Assembly (NCBI GenBank): GCA_030704615.1
Contig: CM060731.1
Coordinates: 62,620,001-62,684,000, forward strand
Length of the DNA stretch: 64,000 nucleotides
Reading direction: 5' to 3'
Source of the DNA: Takakia lepidozioides
Lineage: Eukaryota > Plantae > Bryophyta
Shown here: positions 23,301-35,570 of the stretch, piece after piece
How positions within the stretch are numbered: the stretch's first letter is position 1
How the letters are laid out: each line of letters opens with the position of its first letter
Translations under genes and position numbers: made by a program
The notes under the pieces: model-generated
Databases searched by the model: none
Seen by the model: only the letters and a program-made list of their open reading frames with translations
What the model was told of the DNA's origin: nothing

Positions 23301-26160
23301 GCTATTACAAAAACAATTTGCGGGCAGCTCAAGTACCAACGAAATAAGCTGTTCAAAAATTACTATAGTGTGGGGCTGCCCAAACCCCATCATGTGCCAG
23401 ACAAGACATGGGCACAACTAGTTGTTAGTTGGGGTTCCACTGATTTCAAGAAATTCCAGGCAAATGGTGTCAAGGCGCGGGGATGTGTGAGAATACATCT
23501 CGATCGGGTCGCAGTGGAATCAGCGGTGTTGTAGCACGACTGGTATACTTCTCTTACAACATAGGAAGTTCCCACATTGTTTTGCATTGACAAACTTTAT
23601 GTGTTGGGTTTTTTTGGCTGGAGCTCAGAGTCTATTCCTATATGGATGGAATTAGTACACATTGCTACTACTTGGGGGCCTTCTCAGAGTTGGGCGCCAG
23701 CAAGAAACTAAGCACTCTTATTGAGGGGGAGTCATTGACGCTATCCTAGATAATTCTTTACTGTTGGCAGTGTGCTATGCTAGTCATTTACACTTGCAAG
23801 TTTGTTGCAATCACAGGAGAAGGAGACTGGACGTACACCAAGTTTGCAGGAGATCGCCGGTAGTGCCAGGAGTGACAAAGGCTACGGGTCGGGGTGTACA
23901 GGCAGTGCAGCCACAACGGTATATAAACTCAGTACCAATTCTGGTGTGAATTACATATTCGTGATTTCCATGCCATTGCTAGTTGTCGTTTGGTTCTCTT
24001 TTCTTACTAGTTCATCAGTCAGTGTAGTGAATTGTTACTTTGGAGGTGTTCTATGTGATGGGGCAGGGAATTGGTTCACTAGCAGCTCGCCTCGATGCTA
24101 TGGAAAACAAACAAGTGCAGATGGAAGCCAGCTCCAAGGCAGCTTTGGAAGCAGTCCAAGTCCAACTGGAGGCAGCAGCTGCATTCAACATTGTGCTCGC
24201 AGCTAAACTTGGCATGAATGTGCCAGATTCACAGCCTACAGGTCCACCATGCACCACAGACAACAAATGAGACTATTTCTCATGTTATGGGCTCACCACT
24301 CAACCTGTTCAAGGCAGTTTCTTCACCGCCACCAAAGCCAAACACAATAGGCTCATTGTTTGGGCTTTCAGAAATGGAGGGGGATGATGACATGGAGGGT
24401 TGGTCTGAAGGTGAACTCAATCCATCCCCCCATATTGTTGAGGCAACTGCAAAGTGTTCATCAGTTTTGTTGTCCCCTACACCAGTAGCACTGCCGGCAT
24501 ATGTACTACCCTCTCAATATGCCTGTGAGGTCTCCATGAATTTGAAGAGTGCCCCACAGAAAGGTGTGTCTTTTGTACATGATAATCATGTACAAGTTGT
24601 AGGTAATTGCCCTTCGGCAACTGAGAGGCAGAAACACATCCTTATACTTGACTTGAATGGATTGTTATGTGAGAGCAGACTACGAACAAGGGAATACCTA
24701 GAGCCCACTGTCACCTCCAGACCTGGGTGTCAGGAGTTTCTGGACCGATGCCTTCAGATTTTTGATGTAGGTGTATGGTCTTCCATGTCATTGAGTAATG
24801 TCCTTCCAGTTGTGAAAGCTTTGTTTCGTGGGAAGCAACCAAAGATGGTGCTTCACCAAGACTATTGTGACCAGCCTGTGGGAATGGTGGACCCTTTCAA
24901 TCCTTCTAAAACTGTCATGTACAAGAACTTATGTAAGTTTTGGAAGGACTACAGCCATTACAATCCAACCAATACTTTGCTGGTGGACGATTCCCCACTC
25001 ACTTGCTTACCCAACCCTGCAAATAATTGCATCTTCCCGTATCCATGGAAGTTGAGGGATCAGCCAAACTGCAAGAGGCTTATGAAAGAATTACTGCCTT
25101 GGTTAGAGGGTGTATCCAAGGCTGCACACATCCCTGAGTATGTGTCAGGGCACCCATACAGATATGGGCAGCCCAACTACTTGTTCAATACTGCAGCCAT
25201 GGGTAGTGGATCACAACAATCTGCAAAGGCATCCGAACCAGGGCTTCCTGCTGCCACAGTTCCAACGACTTTGCCTCCCGATGCAACAACAAAGCATAAT
25301 CAAAGAAAGGTGAGAGCAAAAGTTTCAATGCTTGGGCGCGTGGGTGGATTTGTATTGTTAATGCTACTTCACAATGTGTGTCATTCGTGCTATTCTCATT
25401 TTTTGATCGTTGTGTCATTCAATATACAGATGGTGAAACCAGTGAAGCGTTCAATGGACAGGGAGAGTACAATATGTGCTATCAATCAGACTACAACCAC
25501 AGTGGATCTAACTGAACCACAGGGTGACCAACAAAATCCGCACAATGTAAGTACTTCCTTTGTGCAATTTTGTTTCCTTGTCTGATGCTGGATCAATACA
25601 CCCCCTATGTATCGCCACATAGCTGCAGGCCCAACAACCTACAAAGGTAGTTTTGTGACATCGTCCTACCACATCCATGTTGACCATTCATAACCTGCTA
25701 CCAACTAGGTATGGCACCGTTCCAGCTTTGATCATGTCAGCATGTAGTATAGAGACAAGCAAATGCAATTCGGAATTGGAAGTACTGCAATAGGTAGGGT
25801 TGGGGTGTTTGCTGGAAGAACTTCAATGTCATTTTGCAGGAGTGCCAAGCTGTCAGACTCTGTTCTCCAGGGTTCATTTCTGATATAGGAATCTGGTTTT
25901 TGTTGCAGTCTCAGATCGGCGACAAGGTGTTATTGTTTGATCCTTGTGCACCAAAAAGAAGGGCAGGTGTGGGATATATTGCTGGATTTCCGAAAGCAAA
26001 TGTGCCAGACAACTATTACCGTATCCATGTGAAATCGGTCATGATTTCAGAGGTTGTGTTGCCGTACCCGGACTACTCTGTTACCCCTAATTATACCACA
26101 TTGGGTGACACGCAAGGAAGTTCCACCTTATGGTCTGAAAAGTTTCTTAAACACGCGTGA
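17568..26160 (+). CDS. CACTA TnpA-like multi-exon gene: Ptta/Transposase_24-like domain + FCP1/NIF HAD-phosphatase domain + Tnp1-like C-terminal domain; LINE debris in a large intron
   Basis: N-terminal EVERAKRQAENKAFFARLKI motif; PHHVPDKTWAQLVVSWGSTDFKK...ARG; EKETGRTPS; KHILILDLNGLL...RPGCQEFL...VGVWSS...NTLLVDDSP...NPANNCIFP; final exon YYRIHV...LPYP...TLGD...TLW. Exon joins are inferred. Confidence 0.75.
18711..22130. mobile_element. Nested, rearranged non-LTR retrotransposon (APE-RT LINE) fragments
   Basis: VVLLGDFNA, LNSNGRRL, SIVDYII, TSDHFLV (APE domain) and KAGGPDGIVNELIK on -. GVAQGCTLSPLLFN (RT) on + at 21072-21419. Segments 18930-19270 and 21850-22100 are duplicated. Confidence 0.88.
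20361..20392. repeat. (GA)16 microsatellite, the (TC)n 3' tail of a LINE copy
   Basis: Followed by sequence homologous to that after the (GA)6 at 18711-18722. Confidence 0.8.
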
Positions 26161-26689
26161 TATTGAAGGTGCTACAAGTTTAGTTTAGTTTTCTTTATGG
26201 ATTGAGGGTTGCTGAGACAGGTGAACAAAACAGCTCTTCTCACATGAACAGTATTTTTTGAATTGATGCTCTTGCTATTCTCATGTATGATCACAAGATC
26301 CCCTTGTTCAAGGGCAACTTCATTTTCCCACATCAAGCCAAATTTTTCTTGTGTAGACATGAATGTGGTATTTTGCTGGTTGTTTGCTATATTTAATATT
26401 AATAACATTACTATTGGTCAATGTGGTTAATAATACAATTATTATCCCTGTTTTAAATAAGCTTTTGTTTAAATGAAACAAAACAAATAAAAATTCTAAA
26501 ATAATAATATATTACATATTAAATCAAGCAGCCAATGGCTTTTGGGGTGCTATCCCATTTATTATAAGAAAAATAATAATATTATTATTACTATTCATTT
26601 TGGCATTTGTCAACAAATGATAATTGTTTACTTTTCGTCCAATATGAACAAAACAATGGATATGACAGTATTCACACTAGTGTCATTGC

Positions 26690-27127
26690 GATCACACCAC
26701 GACTTCAACCTGGTGTTAAATCTGTGTGAGAGAATCCGTAAGAAGAACCCTTAATATCTATTATTTATTTAATAATTTTGATGGACTCTATTACGTGGCA
26801 TTCCCTTTGACATACATGTGGCAGACATGGTGGCAATGAGGTGTAATAAGTACCGTAGAAAGACCATTAAGATTACTTAGTCAAAATAGTGGTTGAACTA
26901 ACCAGTCAAAACGGCCGTCAAAATATCCGTCAAAAGAGCCACCTAATCCTACTGCCACATCATGTGCAAGTTTGGTGTGAGATGGTTTTTTTCACAGGAC
27001 CAAGAAAGTTCACATGTGGTGCAAAGGACTAGGTTAACCTAACACAAAGGGGGGGTGTGAACTTGGGCTCTTTTCACACCAAAATGTGTGAGAAGAGCCG
27101 TTAAAAAAACCGGTTTCTGTATTAGTG
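26690..27127 (-). repeat. CACTA terminal inverted repeat and subterminal repeats
   Basis: The minus strand reads CACTAATACAGAAACCGGTTTTTTTAACGGCTCTTCTCACAC. Repeated ccgtcaaaa motifs. Confidence 0.8.
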
Positions 27128-30100
27128 AGACTTTGGTGGTGTTGCCATCTGTGCATACCGTTTGACAAACCTTCTGTAGCAGCTGGTTTGTCCAAGGAAT
27201 CTCCTTAGAGCATTAACATTTACTGGTGGTGGAGATGCTTTAATGGCCTCTGTCTTCCAAGGATCCATAAGCACTCCCTTCTTACACACAATGTGTCCCA
27301 GAAGTACCCCTGAGTTCACACAGAAAGTACATTTTTTGGATTCAGACCAAGAACTCTCATCCTGCATCTGGCCAAACATAACTCAAACTTCTGCAAGTGC
27401 TCATTCTTAGAGCTGTCCACACTAAAGTCATCTAAGAACACTCATACTACCTTTGCAAATGGGCTGGCTACTCCTCAGATGAGAACATCTAGCAAATCGA
27501 AGATGACTTTATACGAAGTCCTGTATGACCACAAAGCTGTCAACAGCTTTGTATCCCGGTCTGTCATGTTTCCATTGACTATCTTAGCCAAGATAGTGCA
27601 TAGTATTTTGTTGGTGGCCTCTGCCTGCCCATTGCCTTGTGGGTAATAGGTTGTACTCTTCCTGTGCACAATCATGAACTCCTTAGTCAATAGTTCAATG
27701 GTCTCATTAATGAAATGACTTCCCTGGTCACTGATAAATTCCAGAGGACAGCCAAATCTTGTGAGAATATTCTCATATAGGAACCTTGCTGTGGACTTAG
27801 CTATGTTGTTCCTCAGATCCTTAGCTTCCACCAATTTTGTAGTATAATCAGTAGCTGTGATTATATACTTATTCTGTGTATTTCTGGCTGGTGGATTAAT
27901 TTCTTTGTACAATCATTCAACTTCTTATAGTTCACACAAACTCTCAGTTTGCCATTCTTCTTGGGAACTATCACAATGGGTGATAGCCAAGTTGTATACT
28001 CTATCGGGTATATGAACTTAGCATCAGCCAACTTCTTGATCTCTTCCCCAACCTTCTGTGCATAGTTGGGATTCATCCTGTACCTTGCATGTTTGATTGG
28101 TACTGACCCTGGTTCCAGTTCAATCTTATGCTGGTAGATCTCAGGTGGTATCCCTTTCAAATCTTCATAGCTCCAAGCAAATATATCTTTGTATTTGATA
28201 AACAAGCTCTTAGCTTCCTCAAAGAATTATGGCTCCAAGTCAGCCCCTACTTTCACCATTCTTGGTTCCTCCTCAGTTCCCACATTCACTTCTCTCACCT
28301 GCTCCTCAGCTGTGATTGTCCATCCAGCCACTACTTCATCCTATAAACTCACGGTGGTTGGTTCCTCTAGGATTTCTATTTCTCCCTCTCTTCTTCATAG
28401 AAATGTGGTGGGTAACTACTTGTTTCCCCCTCAATTGGTGTTGCTCTTACTGTACCACAACATATACCTTTAAAGCAACTCAGGCCTCCCAGTTGCATTT
28501 CTGCAACTTGCTCCCACTCTGAGTGCGCAGCGAACAGAGTAGCTTCCTGCTCCTCATCAAGCCCTCCCCTCCAGTCATACTCTCTGACTCCACGAGGTCT
28601 TCTGGTAGCAGGTAGCCTACTAGATTTCTTAGTGGTGACCTGTATCTTGTGCTTCCCATCATGCACAGTCAGTAACTGGGAATCCCAGTCATGGAATACC
28701 CTGGCCTGTTTCAGCCATGGTCGACCCAGTAATAAGGAGTAAGCTTCCATGACATCATCCATTTTCAACACAATCACTGTGATCTTAAAGATCATCTTCT
28801 GAATCTGTATCTTTACTCCTCTTATCAAGCCTAATGGCTGTACACTCCTTTAATCTGCCATTGCTGCTGTGAATGGGGCTGGTTTCACGTTACTTAGACC
28901 AAGCTTCTGCCTTAATTGGTCTGTCATAATATTCACTCCCGAGCCCCCATCTATCAGTACATCAGTCAGGTCTGTGCTTCCAATTCTCAAATGGATTACT
29001 GGCATAGAATCATCAAAGTCAATGACTGTTTCTCGCCCTTCAGGCTTCACATTATAACTTGTCACCTTGCTGTTCAGGTCTGTGTTCCCTGTCACATGAG
29101 CAATCTGGTTGATTGCTTGATACAGCCTGTGTCTATAATGGGGTGCCACAGCCAATAGCTGCCCAATTGTAATCTCAACTTTGGACTGGCATATTACTTC
29201 AGCCAAAGTCCCTTCATTATCCTGCATTTGTGAAGCCTCTTGCTTCACTTCTTCTTCACCTTCTTCATCTTCTCTTTCAGAGTCAGAAGAATCTGCCATA
29301 GGGATATCAGTATCCTTCTGTATTTCCCTTATGGTATCAGCCACTTCCTTGTGCAGTTCCTTCTCATCACTCCATGCCTCATCATTTTCAGGCACATCAC
29401 TGCCATCTTCATTAACATCTTCCTCCTCATCCCCTAGAGGTATTAGTTTAGCTTTTCTTCTGGTAACTATCATTGTACTTACTTCTGGTACAAAACATGG
29501 CATAACCATGTGAGCTGCCACTACTGGCCCTTCATTCACAGGAGCTCTCATCTCATTTTGGTGCCTGATCCAGAATGGACAGGCTGCTTTGCGATGTCCT
29601 GCTTGGTTACAATAGTAACACAGTTCCTCACCATTGGGTCCTCGCCCTTGGTCTATTCTGGGATTATTTCTATAATCCTGATTCCCTGGCTGGCAATTCC
29701 CCCTTGGATTACCCTGATAGTTGCCTCTGGAACTGCCTTGGTAATTCCCTCTTGGATTACCTCTTCCTGCCATGCCATTATTATATCCACCAGGCCTACC
29801 ATAGTGGTCCTGATCATTGTTTCTTCTTGGCTGGGGTTGCAATTGATGCACCCTCACTTGCCTAGGTTCTCTTGCAGCTGTCCTTCTGTTGTAATAACAA
29901 TTCTCAGTACAATGGTTATCCATTTTACAGATAGTACAGTGTTTCTCCTTCATGTGACATTCAGCTGTGGTATAACCTTCATTCTGGCATTTTGCACACC
30001 AAACACCCTTCCTCCAATGTGTTGCAGCCTCTGTGGCATACTTTTTCAAGATTTCTTCCAATCTTTTTTCATAGTTGTCCTCTTCAACTTTTCCTTCTTC

Positions 30101-31514
30101 TTGCTCTTCCTCCTGAGCTCTTGCTCTTCTTCCTCATCTAACTCATCTTCGGAGTCCTCATCCTCCATTTTATCTCTTCTGAGCATTCCCAATTGCTCAA
30201 TTCTGTCGGCTGCTTTGAATGCCTCCTCCACTGTATTATGAGGTAACATATCCACTTTCTTTTGTAATTCAGGTATTAGTCCACTCACAAACCAAGTTTT
30301 CTGTAATCCTGGTGCTGGTACAGCAGCCAGCTTTTTCATCATCAACTCCATCTTTTTCATGTACTCTTCAACAGTTTCATGCTTAACTGTTGCCTTAACT
30401 GTTGTAAACTCTCATATACTTCATCCTCAGTTTTGCTTGTCCTGAACCTGTTTCGGAATGTTGTACTAAGGCCATTCCAGGTTAGGAAATGATTATTAGG
30501 AAACCTTGCATACCATTCACTTGCTTTCTTGATAAGTGAACAAGGAAACAGTCTCATCTTGACATCATCGCCATTCTCATTGTTCACTATACACATGTGC
30601 TCAAATTGGCTGATGTGTACATTAGGATCTATTTTTCCTACATATATTGGAAAATGTGGTTTTGCCCGTGTTGGAGGTACCGCCATCTGTGGCCCTACAC
30701 CCTGCCCACAGACAGGTGCTGGTCCTCCTGTTGGTGTTGGTCCTTGAGGACTTGATGTTGTAGTGGTGGAACTTCCACCAGGTGTTAGCCCCTGAGCACT
30801 CCCTGCTACTGGCCCTCCTGTACTTGCAGTACTCCCAGCTCCAGTTGCACTACTTCCCATTGTCCCCCCAGAGCCAGATCCAAGCTGCCCGCCTGATCCC
30901 CCTGAGCCGACACCTTTGTTGGCGTGTGATCCAAATACTCCACTTGATCCATGTCCAACAGGTTGGGATGTCCTGGTTGTAGTCTCAACCTCAACTGTTG
31001 GGTCTACTTCTTCATACTCTTCATCTTCCAAATTCTTCTCTCTGTTTTCATCTTCCAAGTTCTTCTCTTGGATTTCTTCTTCCTCACTCATATAACTCAA
31101 TTGAAGTGGTGTTGGAGAGTCTGAACTCTCCATTGGCTCTGCCACATCATCCTCTCCTTCTCTGTCTTGTGCTTCAGAAACTGGAGTTCCTGCTTTTGGT
31201 GTTTCATGCCAACATTGATCAAAGATTTTTGTCAATTCTTTAATCCAGGGATGTACCTCAGATCTTTCCCCTCGTGGCTGATCTTCTTCCTGTACCAAAT
31301 CCCTTAATCTTTCTTGTAAAGAATAAGAAGGAGTGGCATCCAACTCTGGTTCTTCCGGTATGGGTGATGTACTCTCTGGTCTTAATGGTGTAAGAGGTCC
31401 AGATGATTCCCCTATGTCTATTCCTCTCTCCCAAAGATATGGATAATTAGCTTTCAAATAACTCTCTCTTTTCGCTGAATATCTGTGGAGTCTAGCTTCC
31501 CTTTCATCACTCAT
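27128..31514 (-). pseudogene. gag-pol, frameshifted and internally rearranged
   Basis: ORFs 30357-31514, 30046-30360, 28850-30061, 28376-28828, 27861-28205 (RT N-part), 27475-27912 (IN) and 27128-27450 (RT FLDDF onward). Confidence 0.88.
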
Positions 31515-32025
31515 GTCCCATGTCTTTCATATCTTTAATGAGGCACCAAAACTCTCTTTTGTAGTATCTCTCGTATATGCTTGGATTTCTCTCAAGCTTT
31601 AATGCACCCTTGGCTATACTAGAAGGCTCCGTTACCATATAACTATATGGCAGGCACGTCTGAAAAGTTGTTCTTGGTGTAAGTTTGATCCACATGATAT
31701 CCTTAGGAATCCAATTCTTTACCAGTATAAGTTCTTCATGCATGTGAGTGTAAACATTCACTTTCCGTTCCTCCCAGCTTTCAAACTCCACTCGTTTAAT
31801 GGATAGCAATGCTATCACATAAACTAGTGTTGGTAACCAACCTGCTCTCCCTCCACAGGCCACTTGATAAATCTTTATCACTCCTTTCTCCAGACCCCAC
31901 TCTGGATCAGCATCATGCACTCTCTTAAGAATGTTTTCCTTGCAACCATCTGGCAATTCCAAGAACCTCTGAAAGAATTGTTTGGACAATCTTTCTTTCT
32001 CAGTTTCACGGGGAATTTGATTCAC
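31507..32025 (-). CDS. Extra ORF upstream of gag, function unknown
   Basis: 172-codon open frame between the PBS and gag. Its stop overlaps the gag ATG (CATGAGTGA). No in-frame ATG at its 5' end. Confidence 0.55.
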   Translation of the reverse strand: MNQIPRETEKERLSKQFFQRFLELPDGCKENILKRVHDADPEWGLEKGVIKIYQVACGGRAGWLPTLVYVIALLSIKRVEFESWEERKVNVYTHMHEELILVKNWIPKDIMWIKLTPRTTFQTCLPYSYMVTEPSSIAKGALKLERNPSIYERYYKREFWCLIKDMKDMGHE

Positions 32026-32098
32026 ATCAAATTCTTTGATTCTCCATCCACCATGATCCTATCACATGCCTGTCACATCTGGTTGTTCTCGACTCAGT

Positions 32099-32116
32099 TC
32101 CCCAGTATGGTCGCCA
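32099..32116 (-). promoter_or_regulatory. Primer-binding site TGGCGACCATACTGGGGA (tRNA-Arg-like)
   Basis: Lies 2 nt after the LTR end CA. Resembles the complement of a plant tRNA-Arg(UCG) 3' end (tRNA identity recalled, not checked). Confidence 0.7.
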
Positions 32117-32118
32117 AA

Positions 32119-33114
32119 TGTCGAGCGGCTTTTACTCACCCATCCCTTCGCTATCCGAGGTGGGAACTCCAAGATAGAAGAGTTGGAAATCTCTAAGCAC
32201 TCATAACAATCAATCATGACCTACAACTAGTGTATCATGGGGGTGCTTCCTATTTGTATTCCTTCTCGCATTCATGTTAGCAAGTTACCTTACTGTCTAT
32301 GATTAAGTATCAGTTTGCTTCTGCAATCTACCATGTTCCATCTACTCAAGCATTCATTCCACAGTTTCACTCAGGTCTCTCTACACAGTGTGGGTATGAA
32401 ATATGTGTCAGATTAATATCTATCAAGTATCAGGCCGAAGCCATGGTGTCTCTAATCTACTCTATAGTACATCTCTACAGCTTGCATGAATCAAGCATCA
32501 TCTCCATCCCTGTGCTTCCAAGATCGTGCTCTCCGCCTGATCTCCTCCCGTGATATCCAAGTCGTGATCGAAGAAGTGACCCCCTCCCTGTTGCTACTTT
32601 GCTTATTCTACTTGCAAGTTGTTCTAACCGCCTAACTAACTAACTGTCATCCAAGACAAAATGCACGCTCCATGTGCATATGTCGTTCCCATACACGTTC
32701 CCTGCCAATGATAACCGTTCCATGTGTACGCTGTGACGGACTGTGCCAAGCTGTGTTAGGCTGTGACTGTGCCGAGCTGTGACTGGCTGTGTCGGACTGT
32801 GGCTGGCTGTGTCGGGTTGTGTCGGGCTGTGGCTGGCTGTGTGAAGCTGTGTCGGGCTGTGACTGACTGTGTGAGGCTGTGTCGGGCTGTGACTGACTGT
32901 GTGAGGCTGTGTCAGACTGTGTTAGGCTGTGTCAGCCTGTGTCAAGCTGTGTCAAGCTGTGTAAGCCTGTGTAAGCCTGTGACTGACTGTGTGAGCCTGC
33001 CTACCACCCCTAAGGCCTCTGTTGGTCTGAGCCTACCATCCGTAAGTCTGCGCAAAATTAAGGGTACCCCACAGAACCCGTAAAATTGTCTAAGTCCCAG
33101 ACAGCCCTCTAACA
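32119..33114 (-). repeat. 5' LTR (about 1 kb) containing a CTGTG-rich minisatellite at about 32730-33000
   Basis: TGTTAGAG...TCGACA on the minus strand. Homologous to 54875-55900. Confidence 0.9.
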
Positions 33115-35384
33115 GGGCTGAAGGAGGACTAAGAAACCATTTCTGTGTACCTCTAGGTAGAGGTTTCTACTGCATCTTGTTTGAATTTGAGGAGCTGACT
33201 AACAAAGCCCTCAACTTTAACACTTCGCTTTCTTTAAATTGCATCAATAACTATAGAAGAAGAGATTTTCCCTATGAGCTCTTAGTCGCCACCGACTACA
33301 AACTGCATGTATCATACTTTATTGCAAATCAATGTTGCATGCACGTTTGCTCTCAAGGCCCAATTTGTGGGCTCAAAATTTTCCATGCATGAACAATTTG
33401 GTTTGAGACACCCCAAGTGGACCTGAGACATATCCCCTTGAGACTCTCTTTAACACCAGATCCAACATCTGTGAAACATGAATCCAATCACTTTGTGGTG
33501 TGAAAAGACAGCCTACGCAAAAAGCCCAGTTACTAACCTTTCACCTACGACTCATGTTCATACCCATTACCTGCTGCCGTGCAGCGGAAGAGAAAAGGAA
33601 ACAGACTCGGTCACTCTAAATCGACAATAAGCAAGTGCATATGCCAGTAGCTTGTTTTTGGTGTAGCAAAATCACCACAAGGGGATGTATTCCCATGAGA
33701 TGTCATCATCCACTAGCACACAGTATTCCCTTTCCAACATGAGGCCACAGTATGCATTCAGCCTCTACCTCTCGATGCTTTCTCCCTTTTTCCTCTCTCA
33801 CTCATGATCTTATCCTTCCCTCATTTACCTAGCCTTCAAGTAGGTTCAACAGAGGCTGGTCCAGCACCCTAAAGCCACACATTTGAAGATTACACACCCA
33901 AGAGCATCCCCATCACCAACAGCTCTAAGGTATGAGCGAGCAAGTTCTCTCTACCTCAAGCAACTCAGAAAGTGAATACATCATAATTCTCCCAAGTGTG
34001 CATGTATTGGAAACTCAAAATAGAGAATGTAATGCCCACTGCCTATTTGCAGTGGGCACAATCCAAGTCCAGACATCATCTTCCTCCTCCCGGATTTGGG
34101 CAGAGTCGGCCCCTCCTACTTGTCATCTTCTGTCATGCATCACCCTATGACTTAACCTCCATATGACCTCTCTCTCACATCTTAGACACAGAATCCAAAA
34201 ACCAGGAGAATGTTCTTCCCTACAGCTCAATCACTGCTCCTCTATTGTCGTCCTCTTCATGATCACCCACAACTCCCCATCTCTCCCCTCTGTCTCTACC
34301 TTCCACGGAAAGTTAAGTGGTATCGTGAGTGCCACAATTCGGTGACACAATTCGGTGCCACCACTTCATGTATGTCCCTGGAGCACTATCTCGCTCATAA
34401 TTCCTCGCCGCCATGGCCTTCTGCTAACTGCCTCCATCCTAGCTCATCTGATTCCCGCCAGACACCATTGCTGACATAAAACAGGATGCAGCCCCTCAGT
34501 CTCTAAATGCTACCGCCGCATATAAAGAATGTGCCGAACACTTCTTCAAAATAGGATGCAGCTAGAAGCTCTAGACCGAATAGCCCGAATGTCGTATGAA
34601 GGAGTAGAATCCATCCACATAAGTTTCATCCAGAAAGATACACGGATGACAAACCGCAATTTCATCCGTAGTGACCAACAACAGATTTCATTAAGGGACT
34701 TAGCCAAAAATTGCACCCCAGGCTACGAGCCTCTAAGTGCTTAAGAAGAAAAATTGAAAAACAGGGCACAAGAAATTGCACCACAACTTTCTTTGATTGC
34801 TAGGTTACAATCTCCACGTCTGTTATTGCAGCCTGCCTTCACTTCTATTTCGATCTTGTGTTAGTTGGCATCCAAAAGAGGAGATGCCTCTAATTGTATG
34901 GCTGCCCATGCGGCGGCTTTCACATGTCGCTGCTATGTTGGAGAAGACCCAACAGCAAAGCGCACAGTTATTCACACCCCTTAACACCTACATATTACTA
35001 CCTCCGGCATATATATATATATATATCCGGGTTGGGCTCCGGTGGGGGTTGAGGCTCAATTAAACATCCGCGCGACACTGGAATATACCCCATCTATCTG
35101 GACATTGTTTTCGGAAGTCGTCACTAATAGTGCGGAGCAATGCGCAGCCCTAGTTAAATATTTCCAAGCTTTTCAGCAGTGGGTAGTGTGATGGTTAAGA
35201 GCAACGAATAAGATGTGTGAAGTTTGGTGTCCAATTCTTGACAGGTGATAATGTGTGTTATTAATAAACATTATGTATACTTGTTCTTTTTGAAATTTTA
35301 CCAAGTCCTTGTTCTTCAGCGGCGGGGGTGGGCACGGTGGACTCGCTTGGGTCTTGTGACCTCATATGCACCGGCGGATGGACA

Positions 35385-35570
35385 ACCCAGCCTTGGACTG
35401 CAGAACGGACCCTCCAGCAGACTCTGCAGAGTGGATTGGACTCTGCAAAGTGGGTGGACCCTCCAACAGACTAGAGAGTCCAATGGACCCTCCAGCGGAC
35501 TCTGCAGAGTGGGTGGACCCTGTAGCACACTCTCTAGAACGGATTGAGCAGTCCAATGGACCCTTTGGTG
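35385..35570. repeat. Short degenerate tandem/inverted repeats (ggaccctccagcagactctgcagagtg)
   Basis: Four to five related units containing the CTCTGCAGAG palindrome. Possibly the interior of a small non-autonomous element. Confidence 0.55.

Larger units (their letters stand above)
13050..27127. mobile_element. CACTA/EnSpm DNA transposon; right TIR present, left end not found (start approximate)
   Basis: Contains TnpD and TnpA-like genes. Terminus ...aaccggtttctgtatTAGTG at 27127 with subterminal gtgtgaga/ccgtcaaaa repeats. Abuts a Ty3 RT. Confidence 0.85.
27128..33114 (-). mobile_element. Non-chromoviral Ty3/Gypsy element (Athila/Tat/Phygy-like), 5' portion
   Basis: 5' LTR, PBS, extra ORF, gag with two zinc knuckles, protease LIDGGSGVN, RT fragments and integrase ISDQGSHF. 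Confidence 0.9.

Noticed and set aside
32763-33083. Cys-rich repetitive ORF, and similar ORFs in LTRs and hAT arrays such as 46580-47189
   Set aside because: These are translations of minisatellites, not genes.
33450-35050. Possible highly degraded LTR-retrotransposon remnant
   Set aside because: Only faint motif hints; no boundaries or domains could be supported.
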